Positions 28,642 through 37,310 of a stretch of 64,000 nucleotides of DNA are shown piece after piece. The notes beneath the pieces were generated by a model. The model worked only from the letters and a program-made list of their open reading frames with translations. It made no database searches and was not told the DNA's origin. Each line of letters starts with the position of its first letter. Position 1 is the stretch's first letter. Source of the DNA: a virus (Duplodnaviria > Caudoviricetes); the IMG/VR virus record IMGVR_UViG_3300035208_002098, positions 128,001-192,000 of that record; one strand, written 5' to 3'. The translations under genes were made by a program, and so were the position numbers.

Positions 28642-29685
28642 ATGAAAAAAGACATTAAAAACCTATTAAATGAAGGTATAATTAACCTTTATGAAACCAA
28701 ACTTACCAAATCAGTTGGTGAAGGTCCTAATACCCTAGTAAAATTATTTAGAGAATATAATAAATTAACGTTAGATTTAATCGAGGATACATTATATATT
28801 GAAGAATTCTACAATCTATTAAAGGAAGATGATTTTGACCCATTTAGTCATTTACAAGGTACTGGTAAAATAGATGATGAAAATGATTGTGTTTTAAGTA
28901 TATCAAAACCTAATGATAAATTAGGTCAAATAAATGCTGCATCATTAGCATTACCGGCTGGTTATACATGCCCTTTTGCTGATAAATGTAAATCATTAGT
29001 TAATAGAAGTGGTGAAAAATTTAAACATGGAACTAATATTAAAGATTTTGGTGATACTAGGTGTTTTGCAGCTAGTGGTGAAAGTAGATTACCAAATGTA
29101 AGAAATAGTCGTTGGAGGAATTTTGATTTATTAAAAGACACCTATACCGACAAAGGTATTAATGGTATGACAGATTTATTAGTTAAATCAATTAGATATT
29201 ATGAATCAAATGAAGGTAAACTAAGATTATTTCGAATTCATGATTCTGGTGACTTTTATTCTCAAGAATATTTTGATGCTTGGATTTCTGCAGCTAAAGC
29301 AATGCCAGATATATTATTTTATGCTTACACAAAATCATTACCTTTTTGGGGTGATAGAAAAAATGAAATTCCTAGAAATTTAAGGTTAATCGCATCTGAA
29401 GGTGGTAAAGCAGATGAAATGATTAGTAAAGAAGGTTTTAGGAAAGCTGTGATAGTTAAAGATACTGGTGAGGCTATAAAACGTAAATTAAATATTGATG
29501 TTAACGATTTCTTAGCAGCATTTGGTGAAAATGATTTTGCTTTATTATTACATGGTATCCAATCTAAATCAGGTGGTAATAATTCACAAGCTATTAAAAA
29601 TAGTAAAATAATAAAATTTGTGGCTAGTAAATTTAATACTACACCACAAGAAATTGATAGATTATTATCTTATTATACTAACTAA
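28642..29685 (+). CDS. GP88-family protein with cargo leader
   Basis: LPAGYTCPFA..C, RIHDSGDFYS, YAYTKS. Confidence 0.7.
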   Translation: MKKDIKNLLNEGIINLYETKLTKSVGEGPNTLVKLFREYNKLTLDLIEDTLYIEEFYNLLKEDDFDPFSHLQGTGKIDDENDCVLSISKPNDKLGQINAASLALPAGYTCPFADKCKSLVNRSGEKFKHGTNIKDFGDTRCFAASGESRLPNVRNSRWRNFDLLKDTYTDKGINGMTDLLVKSIRYYESNEGKLRLFRIHDSGDFYSQEYFDAWISAAKAMPDILFYAYTKSLPFWGDRKNEIPRNLRLIASEGGKADEMISKEGFRKAVIVKDTGEAIKRKLNIDVNDFLAAFGENDFALLLHGIQSKSGGNNSQAIKNSKIIKFVASKFNTTPQEIDRLLSYYTN

Positions 29686-30140
29686 TGAAAAACTCAATTA
29701 AAATATTATTACGAGAAGGTTTAATGCGAGAAGACATTGAAACTTTAATAGTTGATGACATAGATGATGATGATACATATAATAGTTTGATAAAACAATC
29801 TAAAGAATTATTAAAATCTGGTGAAATAAGCTTTGGGCAAGCAGATTTATTTGGTGCGTTAGTTGATGGTTCTATATTAATTGGTGCTACTTGGGCCGAT
29901 GTTTCAGGTACATTTAGTTTCCATATTCAAATTAAACCAGAATACCGAAACAAAGGGTATAGTAAATTGTTATTAGACGATTTATTTACTAAATATAAAC
30001 AAATGTTATCGTATCGTGGTGAAGATTTTAAAATGAGAGTTAATGTTGTTAATGATAATCTAGCTAAATCACTATCTAAACATTATGGACTTAAAGTAAT
30101 TGAAGATAATGGTTCTCATGGTGTTATAATGGGTAATTAA
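29685..30140 (+). CDS. GNAT acetyltransferase with cargo leader
   Basis: IKPEYRNKGYSKLLL. Confidence 0.7.
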   Translation: MKNSIKILLREGLMREDIETLIVDDIDDDDTYNSLIKQSKELLKSGEISFGQADLFGALVDGSILIGATWADVSGTFSFHIQIKPEYRNKGYSKLLLDDLFTKYKQMLSYRGEDFKMRVNVVNDNLAKSLSKHYGLKVIEDNGSHGVIMGN

Positions 30141-30141
30141 T

Positions 30142-30576
30142 ATGAGAAAGATTATAAAACAGTTATTACGTGAAGGTTATGAAGATATTGGTATTGAATA
30201 TACTAAGACTAAAACACCTAAATTAGATTCATACCCAAATAATTTAGAAAAAGTTGAATTTGGTAATTTTATCATGATAAACGTACCGTATGATGAAAAG
30301 ACAATAAAATTATATGATTTATTAGGTTCTGTTAAAGTATTTGATAAATATGATGGTACTGAAGTTGGTAATTCATCATATACCGTAGTACATGGATTAC
30401 TTAAAGCTAGTGTTGATGTTAGACCAGATATGCGTAGAAATGGTATTGCCAGTGCTATGTATAAATTTATTGAACAACTTAATAAACAAACTATATACCC
30501 CGATTATCCACATACTGATAAAGCTGAAAAATTTTGGAGACAACCTAATAGAAATTTCGGCCCAAAAGAAATATAG
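30142..30576 (+). CDS. GNAT acetyltransferase with cargo leader
   Basis: VRPDMRRNGIASAMY, AEKFW. Confidence 0.7.
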   Translation: MRKIIKQLLREGYEDIGIEYTKTKTPKLDSYPNNLEKVEFGNFIMINVPYDEKTIKLYDLLGSVKVFDKYDGTEVGNSSYTVVHGLLKASVDVRPDMRRNGIASAMYKFIEQLNKQTIYPDYPHTDKAEKFWRQPNRNFGPKEI

Positions 30577-30578
30577 TG

Positions 30579-30598
30579 TCCGGCCAACTGGATTCGAA
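30579..30598 (-). pseudogene. Orphan tRNA 3' end
   Basis: TTCGAAT-CCAGT-TGGCCGG-A; can pair with the CCGGCTA 5' end of the tRNA at 31388-31470. Confidence 0.6.
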
Positions 30599-30642
30599 AA
30601 TGGGTTTTTAATATTTTAAGATATTTACATATAAATAATATC

Positions 30643-31329
30643 ATGAAACCATTATATACTGAAGAAGAATTTAATAATAGTAAATCTATGGATTTATTAC
30701 CATTAGAGTGTTATACTTGCGGTAATACTTTTTATAAATATAAAAAGAAAATAACTTTTGTATATAAACATAATATTGGTGAAAATAGATTTTGTTCACA
30801 TAAATGTCATAATGATTTTAGAGTTAAAACTAATAATATTATATTAAACTGTACTAATTGTAATAAAGAATTTAGTAAAATAATTTCCGTAGTTAATAAA
30901 TCTAATACAGGTAATCATTTCTATTCTAAATCTTGTTCAGCTTCTTATAATAATAAACATAAAACTACTGGTAATAGACGCTCTAAACTTGAAATATACT
31001 TAGAGCAACAACTTGCTTTATTATACCCTAATTTAACTATTATTTATAATGATAAATTTATAATAGGTTCTGAATTAGATATCTATATACCATCCTTAAA
31101 CCTAGCATTTGAACTTAATGGTATCTTTCATTATGAACCAATATTTGGTATTGATAAGTTAGGGCAGATACAAAACAATGATATAAGTAAATCAAAAGCT
31201 TGTATAGATAATAAGATTGATTTATGTATAATAGATACATCTAATCAAACTTATGTAAAGGAAAGTACATCTAAGAAGTATCTTGATATAATAATCAAGA
31301 TACTAGATGGGCGTTTGTTAATTTCTTAG
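30643..31329 (+). mobile_element. Zinc-ribbon plus PD-(D/E)xK/Vsr-like homing endonuclease
   Basis: CYTC, FCSHKC, ELDIYIPSLNLAFELNGIFHY. Confidence 0.8.
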
Positions 31330-31387
31330 TCACCAATAAATTTGTGTGCAGTAACCACTACGTGCAAGTGAATTAACTTTGGTTACC

Positions 31388-31470
31388 TCCGGCTAGTAGG
31401 ATTCGAACCTACGGGTTCCTAAGAACGTGGGATATGAGCCCAGTGCGATTGTCCACTCTGCCATAGCCGG
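31388..31470 (-). tRNA. tRNA(CAT) with long variable arm
   Basis: TGGG-CTCATAT-CCCA, V-arm GTTC-TTAG-GAAC. Confidence 0.75.
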
Positions 31471-31477
31471 TGATATT

Positions 31478-32156
31478 TTAGTGTAATAATTGAATATTAC
31501 CTCTTAGTATATCTTTTAATTTAGCTCTTTTATTAGTAATATGGTCGATAACTAAATCATCTTTAACTCTATATGTTCTTCTTTTGTCAGAACGAGCACC
31601 ATTACCAATTTGTTGTTTTCTAAATTCTATTTCTTCGTCATTTATCTTATTAAAATAAATATCTCTAATTCTTTTTTCTATTTCTTCCCAAGCTAATTCT
31701 TCATTTCTATGTCTTTCTCGATTATTACCAATTCTAACCATGATACCTGTAGGTATATGAGTTAATACAACACAAGTTTCAACCTTATTTCTATGTTGAC
31801 CACCTTTACCACTACTACGAGTGTATTTGCGATTAACCTCATCACGGTTTAATTTAAAATTATATTCTTCTTCTGGAATTAAAGCAACGGTTATACAACT
31901 AGTTTGAATCCTACCCCTCTTTTCAGTTGGTGGTATTCTTTGCCATCTATGTGACCCGATTTCTTCTTGGAAATACTTTTCTACATCTTTACCGCTAAAG
32001 GCAAAGCATGACAAATCCACTTCTTTCTTCAACTGTTGAACAATCAAAGTTATTAATACTGGCTGCTTTTGTGTAGATATTTTTCATTTCACCTACAAGC
32101 AGTTTTGCATCGGCACCGCCTTCAGCATCTCTAAGTTCTAAAAATAGTTTTTTCAT
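31478..32156 (-). CDS. Class I peptide-chain release factor (RF1-type, lacking domain 1), 225 aa via +1 frameshift
   Basis: ELRDAEGG in frame 0; CTT TAG C at 32000-31994; HRWQRIPPTE and SSGKGGQH in the +1 frame. Confidence 0.85.
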
Positions 32157-32190
32157 TTGGTGAAATTTTAATTAATTATTAATACAGTTA

Positions 32191-32277
32191 TTATTGTCTA
32201 GAATTTATTATCAATATTGTAAATGCAATAACATATGGTGCTGCAATACATATTCCCGTTATAATAGCTGGTGTCAT
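32191..32277 (-). CDS. Small hydrophobic peptide (28 aa)
   Basis: MTPAIITGICIAAPYVIAFTILIINSRQ. Confidence 0.35.
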   Translation of the reverse strand: MTPAIITGICIAAPYVIAFTILIINSRQ

Positions 32278-32294
32278 ATTTTTATTTTAAAAAA

Positions 32295-32347
32295 CAGGAA
32301 GAACTTTTTTTTCTTAACCATAGAATTTAATTGCTGAACTCTTCCTT
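32295..32347 (-). ncRNA. Y-RNA-like motif RNA, copy 1
   Basis: GGAAGAG-TTCAGCAA...TTCTTCC-TG. Confidence 0.5.
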
Positions 32348-32354
32348 TATTTTG

Positions 32355-32405
32355 TGGAAGTGATTGGTATTGCTCCAATATTACGTACTCTCTACGTACA
32401 CTTCC
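32355..32405 (-). ncRNA. Mini tRNA-like RNA (acceptor, single hairpin, T-like arm)
   Basis: GGAAGTG/CACTTCC-A; TACGTA-GAGAG-TACGTA; ATTGG-AGCAATA-CCAAT. Confidence 0.55.
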
Positions 32406-32410
32406 ATTTG

Positions 32411-32494
32411 TTGCGGAGACAGGATTCGAACCTATACTAGCATTAACTGTCTCTTGGTTATGAGCCAAGAATGTTACCCTTACACCACCCCACG
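32411..32494 (-). tRNA. Initiator-like tRNA-Met(CAT) with long variable region
   Basis: C1.A72 mismatch, CTTGG-CTCATAA-CCAAG. Confidence 0.75.
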
Positions 32495-32554
32495 ATATAT
32501 TTTATAAGCTCCCCAAAGTGTGCTTCCAAAGGATAGGCATGGGGAGGATTGTTG

Positions 32555-32628
32555 TAGCGAAGAGTGGACTCGAACCACTGACCTTTAGGTTATGAGCCTA
32601 ACGAGCTACCAACTGCTACCACCTCGCA
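32555..32628 (-). tRNA. tRNA-fMet(CAT)
   Basis: 1:72 mismatch, fMet-like D arm GTAGCAGTTGGTAGCTCG. Confidence 0.85.
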
Positions 32629-32695
32629 AATTTTTACCTACTGTGTGAACATAAGTTAATAACTTATATCCAGTGAACCAGTTAGGATTTATATG

Positions 32696-32760
32696 TGCCC
32701 TTGGGTGATAATGAATCACCAATATTATCTCGTATTGTTACATACAAATAATACAAGGGC
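32696..32760 (-). ncRNA. Mini tRNA-like RNA
   Basis: GCCCTTG/CAAGGGC-A; GGTGA-TTCATTA-TCACC; one long central hairpin. Confidence 0.55.
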
Positions 32761-32766
32761 AAAAAA

Positions 32767-32828
32767 CAGGAAGAACTTTTAAGTTAAATTTTCAATTTTA
32801 ATTTTTTTTAATTGCTGAACTCTTCCTT
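32767..32828 (-). ncRNA. Y-RNA-like motif RNA, copy 2
   Basis: Ends identical to copy 1, different interior. Confidence 0.5.
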
Positions 32829-32939
32829 TATTTATATTTTGTGACGGAATGACGGTAAACGTTACGATTTAAGTTCTCATATACCTAGTACTGGGATTAA
32901 CTCTATCTGAATACCAAACTATTTAACCAATGTTTTAAA

Positions 32940-33103
32940 CTGGGAATATTTAGCCACTTTCATAGTGAGATTACCTTTTTTTTTCTTCATATTAAGGAGA
33001 AGTTTTTAACCTTCTTGTTTCTTAATAGTTAAGAGGACTATAATCAAACCTCTCATTTGCTTTTCATATTTGTGTAATTTTTAATTTGCGGTAATCATTC
33101 CTT
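32940..33103 (-). ncRNA. Y-RNA-like motif RNA, copy 3 (long)
   Basis: GGAATG-ATTACCGCAA...TATTCC-CAG. Confidence 0.4.
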
Positions 33104-33227
33104 ACACCTTTTTTATTAATCAATGAACTTTTTGTACTTTATAAATATAACATTAATCGTTAAAATCTAAGTACACTGCAAAATTACTAAAAATTTTTTA
33201 ACTTGTCAAGGTTTTTAGTAATTATTT

Positions 33228-33473
33228 TTAAATTATTTTTTCAACTGAAACCCAAATAACATGAAATGTATTGATATTATGTGTAATACCAGTGACTTTA
33301 TAAAAAGGACCATTAACATCAAAGTATATTTTATCATCTATTACCGGTGATACTTTAAATTTAACATATTCTTTTACAATGATAGGTTTACTATCTTCAT
33401 TTGGTATTATAAGATGAAATATTGGTTTATTACCAGTTAATAATTTATATATTTTATATAAAAATAGTTTCAT
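33228..33473 (-). CDS. Hypothetical protein
   Basis: Likely start MKLFLY directly after the peptidase stop. Confidence 0.55.
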   Translation of the reverse strand: MKLFLYKIYKLLTGNKPIFHLIIPNEDSKPIIVKEYVKFKVSPVIDDKIYFDVNGPFYKVTGITHNINTFHVIWVSVEKII

Positions 33474-33474
33474 A

Positions 33475-34278
33475 TTATCTTTTAGCTCTTTCAAAGAACA
33501 TTTTATTATTTCCAACGGTTGTTAATAATTCATAACCCATATCAATTGATTTTTCAACATCTTCAATGAAAATAAATTCACGTTTATTAGAGTGTTGGTT
33601 ATAATAACCAGCAAATACGTTTAAACAACATACATCAAAATTACATCTTAATATTGCAACATCTGTATAAGGGTCGTTACTAAAATTATCTACATTATAT
33701 TTTTGAAACACCGGTTTAACTAAATCAAACATTTCATCATTATATAGTTTAATACCGGAACAAAATTCACTACACCAATTATCTGTTGGTGCATCAAATT
33801 CTATGAAATACCCTACCTTATCTAATATAGTTTTATCAGCATTTTTAGAACCTTTACAACCAAACTCTTCTTCAACGAAAAATGCGGCAATTAATTTATC
33901 ACATTTTAATATTAATTCTAAACATATAGCAATACCACATTTATCATCACCACCAATACCATTATTTTCTGCATATAATATAGTTTTAATAGTGTTATCA
34001 AATGTATTTGGTATTTGCGATTCCATAATAACCAATCTATTATTAGTTTCAATCAATGGAAGATGATGTTGGTACACAGTGTCCATATGTGCTGCAATAC
34101 ATGGATAATATTCACCCTCATCTAATGTTCCTTTTATTAGATATACATTACCTATATCATCAACATGGACCACAATGTTATTATCGAATCCAAAGTTTAC
34201 TATAAACTCTCTTATTAATTGTTCACTACCAGTATAAGACGGTAATGACAATAATTCTTTAAATCTATCTTTATTCAT
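33475..34278 (-). CDS. M20/M28-family metallopeptidase
   Basis: AHMDTV, GGDDKCG, EEEFGCKGS, YYNQH. Confidence 0.85.
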   Translation of the reverse strand: MNKDRFKELLSLPSYTGSEQLIREFIVNFGFDNNIVVHVDDIGNVYLIKGTLDEGEYYPCIAAHMDTVYQHHLPLIETNNRLVIMESQIPNTFDNTIKTILYAENNGIGGDDKCGIAICLELILKCDKLIAAFFVEEEFGCKGSKNADKTILDKVGYFIEFDAPTDNWCSEFCSGIKLYNDEMFDLVKPVFQKYNVDNFSNDPYTDVAILRCNFDVCCLNVFAGYYNQHSNKREFIFIEDVEKSIDMGYELLTTVGNNKMFFERAKR

Positions 34279-34384
34279 TTGACAAAGATATAACAAAAAA
34301 ATAAGAAATGCAAATTTACTTTAAATTAATTTGTGATATATTTATATATAACAGATAATAACAATCATTTAAAAATATAAAACT

Positions 34385-34441
34385 ATGTGTGGATGTAAAG
34401 GTGGTAATGGTAAACCAAATGTAAAAGTGGTTAAAAAATAA
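34385..34441 (+). CDS. Tiny late peptide MCGCKGGNGKPNVKVVKK (18 aa)
   Basis: Own TATTTATA motif (34339) and downstream hairpin terminator. Confidence 0.45.
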   Translation: MCGCKGGNGKPNVKVVKK

Positions 34442-34466
34442 TTAAATTATTTATCATTAAAAACTA

Positions 34467-34492
34467 AAAAGGGGTCATAAAACCCCTTTTTT
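34467..34492. terminator. Bidirectional terminator
   Basis: AAAAGGGGT...ACCCCTTTTTT between the tmRNA 3' end and the small peptide. Confidence 0.7.
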
Positions 34493-34504
34493 CGTTTATT
34501 CTAG

Positions 34505-34870
34505 TGGAGCATCGGGAATTCGAACCCCGGTCTTTCATATTCTTCAATACCTTTCTACATGTTTAGGATAAAGATTTCTATCTTTCCAATATATTCAGTT
34601 TAATATAGCTTCAACTGATACCTACGCTATTGACCCTAGATTAACCACTTGGAACAATTTTAAAGTGGGTTCTTGGTTGTATGCTTCGTATACTTAGGCA
34701 GCTACAGCCTCTCCAGCAAGCACTTCAAAAGAAGCCTCAGCAAGGAAGTTTTCGGAAATATTTAACATATTGCCATTTGAACTTTTAACTACTCGTTTAA
34801 AGTGAATTTAGTTATTTCACTACATGCTTACCACTTACGATTATACAAAATCTAAAGCCAGTTATGCCCC
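34505..34870 (-). ncRNA. ssrA: tmRNA; tag (A)GNMLNISENFLAEASFEVLAGEAVAA
   Basis: GGGGCAT/ATGCTCC-A with G3.U70, T arm, tag ORF 34774-34694 ending AA-stop, smpB nearby. Confidence 0.92.
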
Positions 34871-34933
34871 ATAAATTAATGAACTCTTTTATAAATACAA
34901 AGATACTATTAAAAAATTAAAAAATCAAGTATT

Positions 34934-35146
34934 TTAATCAATTTTATATACGTAAACTGAATCAATTTTATTATTTTTTTCAATAACTAATTCAACTCGA
35001 ATTGGTTTAAGTGGTTCTTTTACTTTTATTTCGTCTGATGAAAATAACCATATACCTAACCAGATAAAACCACATATAATTATTGTTATAACAACACCAA
35101 TACCAATCAAACCTTCAACTAATCCATTCATATTATAATCACTCAT
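34934..35146 (-). CDS. Small membrane protein
   Basis: Single TM. Confidence 0.6.
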   Translation of the reverse strand: MSDYNMNGLVEGLIGIGVVITIIICGFIWLGIWLFSSDEIKVKEPLKPIRVELVIEKNNKIDSVYVYKID

Positions 35147-35583
35147 TATAATACCCTCTCCATTTCTCGTTTAGCATCTTTAAGTTTCAAATCTTCACGT
35201 TTATCGTAACTTTTTTTACCTTTAGCTAAAGCAATTTCTAATTTTAATAAACCCTTATCCGTTGTGAATAAACGTACAGGTACTATTGTTAACCCAGATT
35301 GTTTTACATTATATGAAAGTTTAGATAATTCTTTCTTTGTTAATAATAGTTTCCTATGACGTTTTTCTTCGTGTGCATCACCAAATTTATATTGTGAAAT
35401 ATGTAGTCCGGTGAGCCATAATTCATTATCAATGAATACACAGTAACTATCAACAAAACTAACATTACCATCCCTAATAGCTTTAACTTCGGTACCTATT
35501 AACATTATACCAGCAACATATTTATCTAAGAATTGATAATTAAAAGAACCTTTTTTATTTTGAAGATTTACTGTCGTTTTCAT
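35146..35583 (-). CDS. smpB: SsrA-binding protein
   Basis: AGIMLIGTEVKAIR, RKLLL, GKKSYDKRE. Confidence 0.95.
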   Translation of the reverse strand: MKTTVNLQNKKGSFNYQFLDKYVAGIMLIGTEVKAIRDGNVSFVDSYCVFIDNELWLTGLHISQYKFGDAHEEKRHRKLLLTKKELSKLSYNVKQSGLTIVPVRLFTTDKGLLKLEIALAKGKKSYDKREDLKLKDAKREMERVL

Positions 35584-35584
35584 A

Positions 35585-36289
35585 TTATTTACGTTTTGTA
35601 ATAACCGAATCAATTATACCATAAGTAACTGCTTCTTGACTGGTTAACCATTTATCTCTTTCTGTATCTAACATAACTTCTTCAACTGATTTACCACAAT
35701 ACGATGCAAGTTTTGAAAAAAGTTCTAAGTTAATTTTTTCAGTTTCAATCATAGATATTCTCATATCTTGTATATTTCCTTCACTACCAGAAGACACTTG
35801 ATGTAACATAACTCTACTTGATGGTAAACTAGAACGTTTACCTTTAGTTCCAGCACCTAATAATACAGACCCCATTGATGCTGCCATACCAGTATTAATG
35901 GTTGCAATATCTGATTTAATATAATCCATAACATCAACCATTGATAATCCAGATTTAACACTTCCTCCGGGTGTATCTATATGCATTGTAATATCTTCAT
36001 TATTTACGTTGTCTAGAAACATTAATTGTGCTTGTACAACAGTACTCATAGCGTCATTAACAACACCAGCAATCCATAAAATTCTATCCATCATTAAACG
36101 TGAAAAGATATCCATTTGAGTTACACGCATTTCTCTTTCTTCAAGAATATATGGTGTCATTGATGCTTGTGTATACAATCTTGTTTGAAGTTGTTCCCAA
36201 GCTCTAAATTGCATTTGAGAAACACCTAGATGTCTACAAGCGTAGTTTTTAAATTCTCCGTAATAATCTACATTACTATAATTGTCCAT
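35585..36289 (-). CDS. clpP: Clp protease proteolytic subunit
   Basis: DIFSRL, TPGGSV, GMAASMG, MLHQ. Confidence 0.95.
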   Translation of the reverse strand: MDNYSNVDYYGEFKNYACRHLGVSQMQFRAWEQLQTRLYTQASMTPYILEEREMRVTQMDIFSRLMMDRILWIAGVVNDAMSTVVQAQLMFLDNVNNEDITMHIDTPGGSVKSGLSMVDVMDYIKSDIATINTGMAASMGSVLLGAGTKGKRSSLPSSRVMLHQVSSGSEGNIQDMRISMIETEKINLELFSKLASYCGKSVEEVMLDTERDKWLTSQEAVTYGIIDSVITKRK

Positions 36290-36312
36290 TTAATTTTTAT
36301 TTAAAGTTAATA

Positions 36313-36567
36313 CTATTCTTCATCGTCCATTAAAAACATTGGGGTGTTTTCACCCATATAAGCACCTAATACGTTAAAATCGAAGTATTCCATAGCTTCT
36401 TCAAAACTCATACCGTCTCTTTCAACTAAAATAGAAAGACATTTAGCTTGACTGTATAAAGCTATTGGTCCTAAACCACATCTTTGCACTGCACCTATAA
36501 GTGCATCTTCAAACCCATCAGCCGTTAAGGCATCTGGGTTTAATTCTGCTAATGTTTCGACATCCAT
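36313..36567 (-). CDS. Conserved small phage protein
   Basis: DGFEDALIG...EAMEYFDFNVLGAYMGENTP. Confidence 0.7.
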   Translation of the reverse strand: MDVETLAELNPDALTADGFEDALIGAVQRCGLGPIALYSQAKCLSILVERDGMSFEEAMEYFDFNVLGAYMGENTPMFLMDDEE

Positions 36568-36788
36568 TATTGTTGTTGTTGTGGTTTACCATCAGGACCT
36601 AAACCTTGTGAAGCATAATATTCGTCTCTAGCTTTCAATTGTGCTAGCGTTTTTTCTTTAGCTTCAACAGCTTTAGCATACATATAATCTCTATCAGTAA
36701 TAGTTAGTGATTTAATTTCGTGCCAAGGCATACCTGTTAATACAAATATATCCCAATTTTTCTCAAAGATTGCTTTTTCGTCTTCCAT
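36567..36788 (-). CDS. Hypothetical protein
   Basis: TAATG-coupled ORF. Confidence 0.6.
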   Translation of the reverse strand: MEDEKAIFEKNWDIFVLTGMPWHEIKSLTITDRDYMYAKAVEAKEKTLAQLKARDEYYASQGLGPDGKPQQQQ

Positions 36789-36809
36789 TTTAATTTTTTT
36801 ACGGATACG

Positions 36810-37253
36810 TTATTGTTCTGCTGGTGCTTCACCAGCATTTTCTTCATTTTGTTTTTTATCGTATAGTGATTTAATTGATTCAACCGTTCTTTCATACGCC
36901 TCATAACCATATTTTTTCAATATAGTGCTAAATGTATTTACGTCAGGTTTAGCAATAACTACTCTTTCTTTATCACTATCATAACCAATATAAGTTATTA
37001 ATTCGATTGCAACCATTTCTTGCATATCTTCTGGTAATTGTTCGAATATAAGTTGATTTAATATTACAACCACATCAACATCATCACTTAAGTATTTAGT
37101 CAAATCATTTGTTTTAACTACTTTACCTATTTCTTTTTGTCTGTCGTTACCAACAATTTTAATGTTAACTTTTTGTTCTAAATCAGTACAGTTAATTACC
37201 AAATCAAAGATTTTTTCAACATCCTTTTCTAATTCATCAAATTTTTGTCCCAT
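36810..37253 (-). CDS. Putative phage metallopeptidase-like protein
   Basis: KPDVNTF..ILKKYG motif; HExxH degenerate. Confidence 0.45.
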   Translation of the reverse strand: MGQKFDELEKDVEKIFDLVINCTDLEQKVNIKIVGNDRQKEIGKVVKTNDLTKYLSDDVDVVVILNQLIFEQLPEDMQEMVAIELITYIGYDSDKERVVIAKPDVNTFSTILKKYGYEAYERTVESIKSLYDKKQNEENAGEAPAEQ

Positions 37254-37310
37254 TTTTTTCTATTTTAATTATTATTATTTACTTAGATTGCAAAAATATA
37301 TATAATATCT

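Noticed and set aside
32274-32468. 64-aa ORF in the track
   Set aside because: Overlaps tRNA-Met, a mini-tRNA and a motif RNA; spurious
32295-32828. CRISPR array from the GGAAGAGTTCAGCAA repeats
   Set aside because: Only two identical copies about 470 nt apart, each an inverted-end unit; no regular spacers or cas genes
32840-33180. Leader-peptide attenuator for the Met tRNA cluster
   Set aside because: No Met-rich leader ORF or terminator/antiterminator pair found
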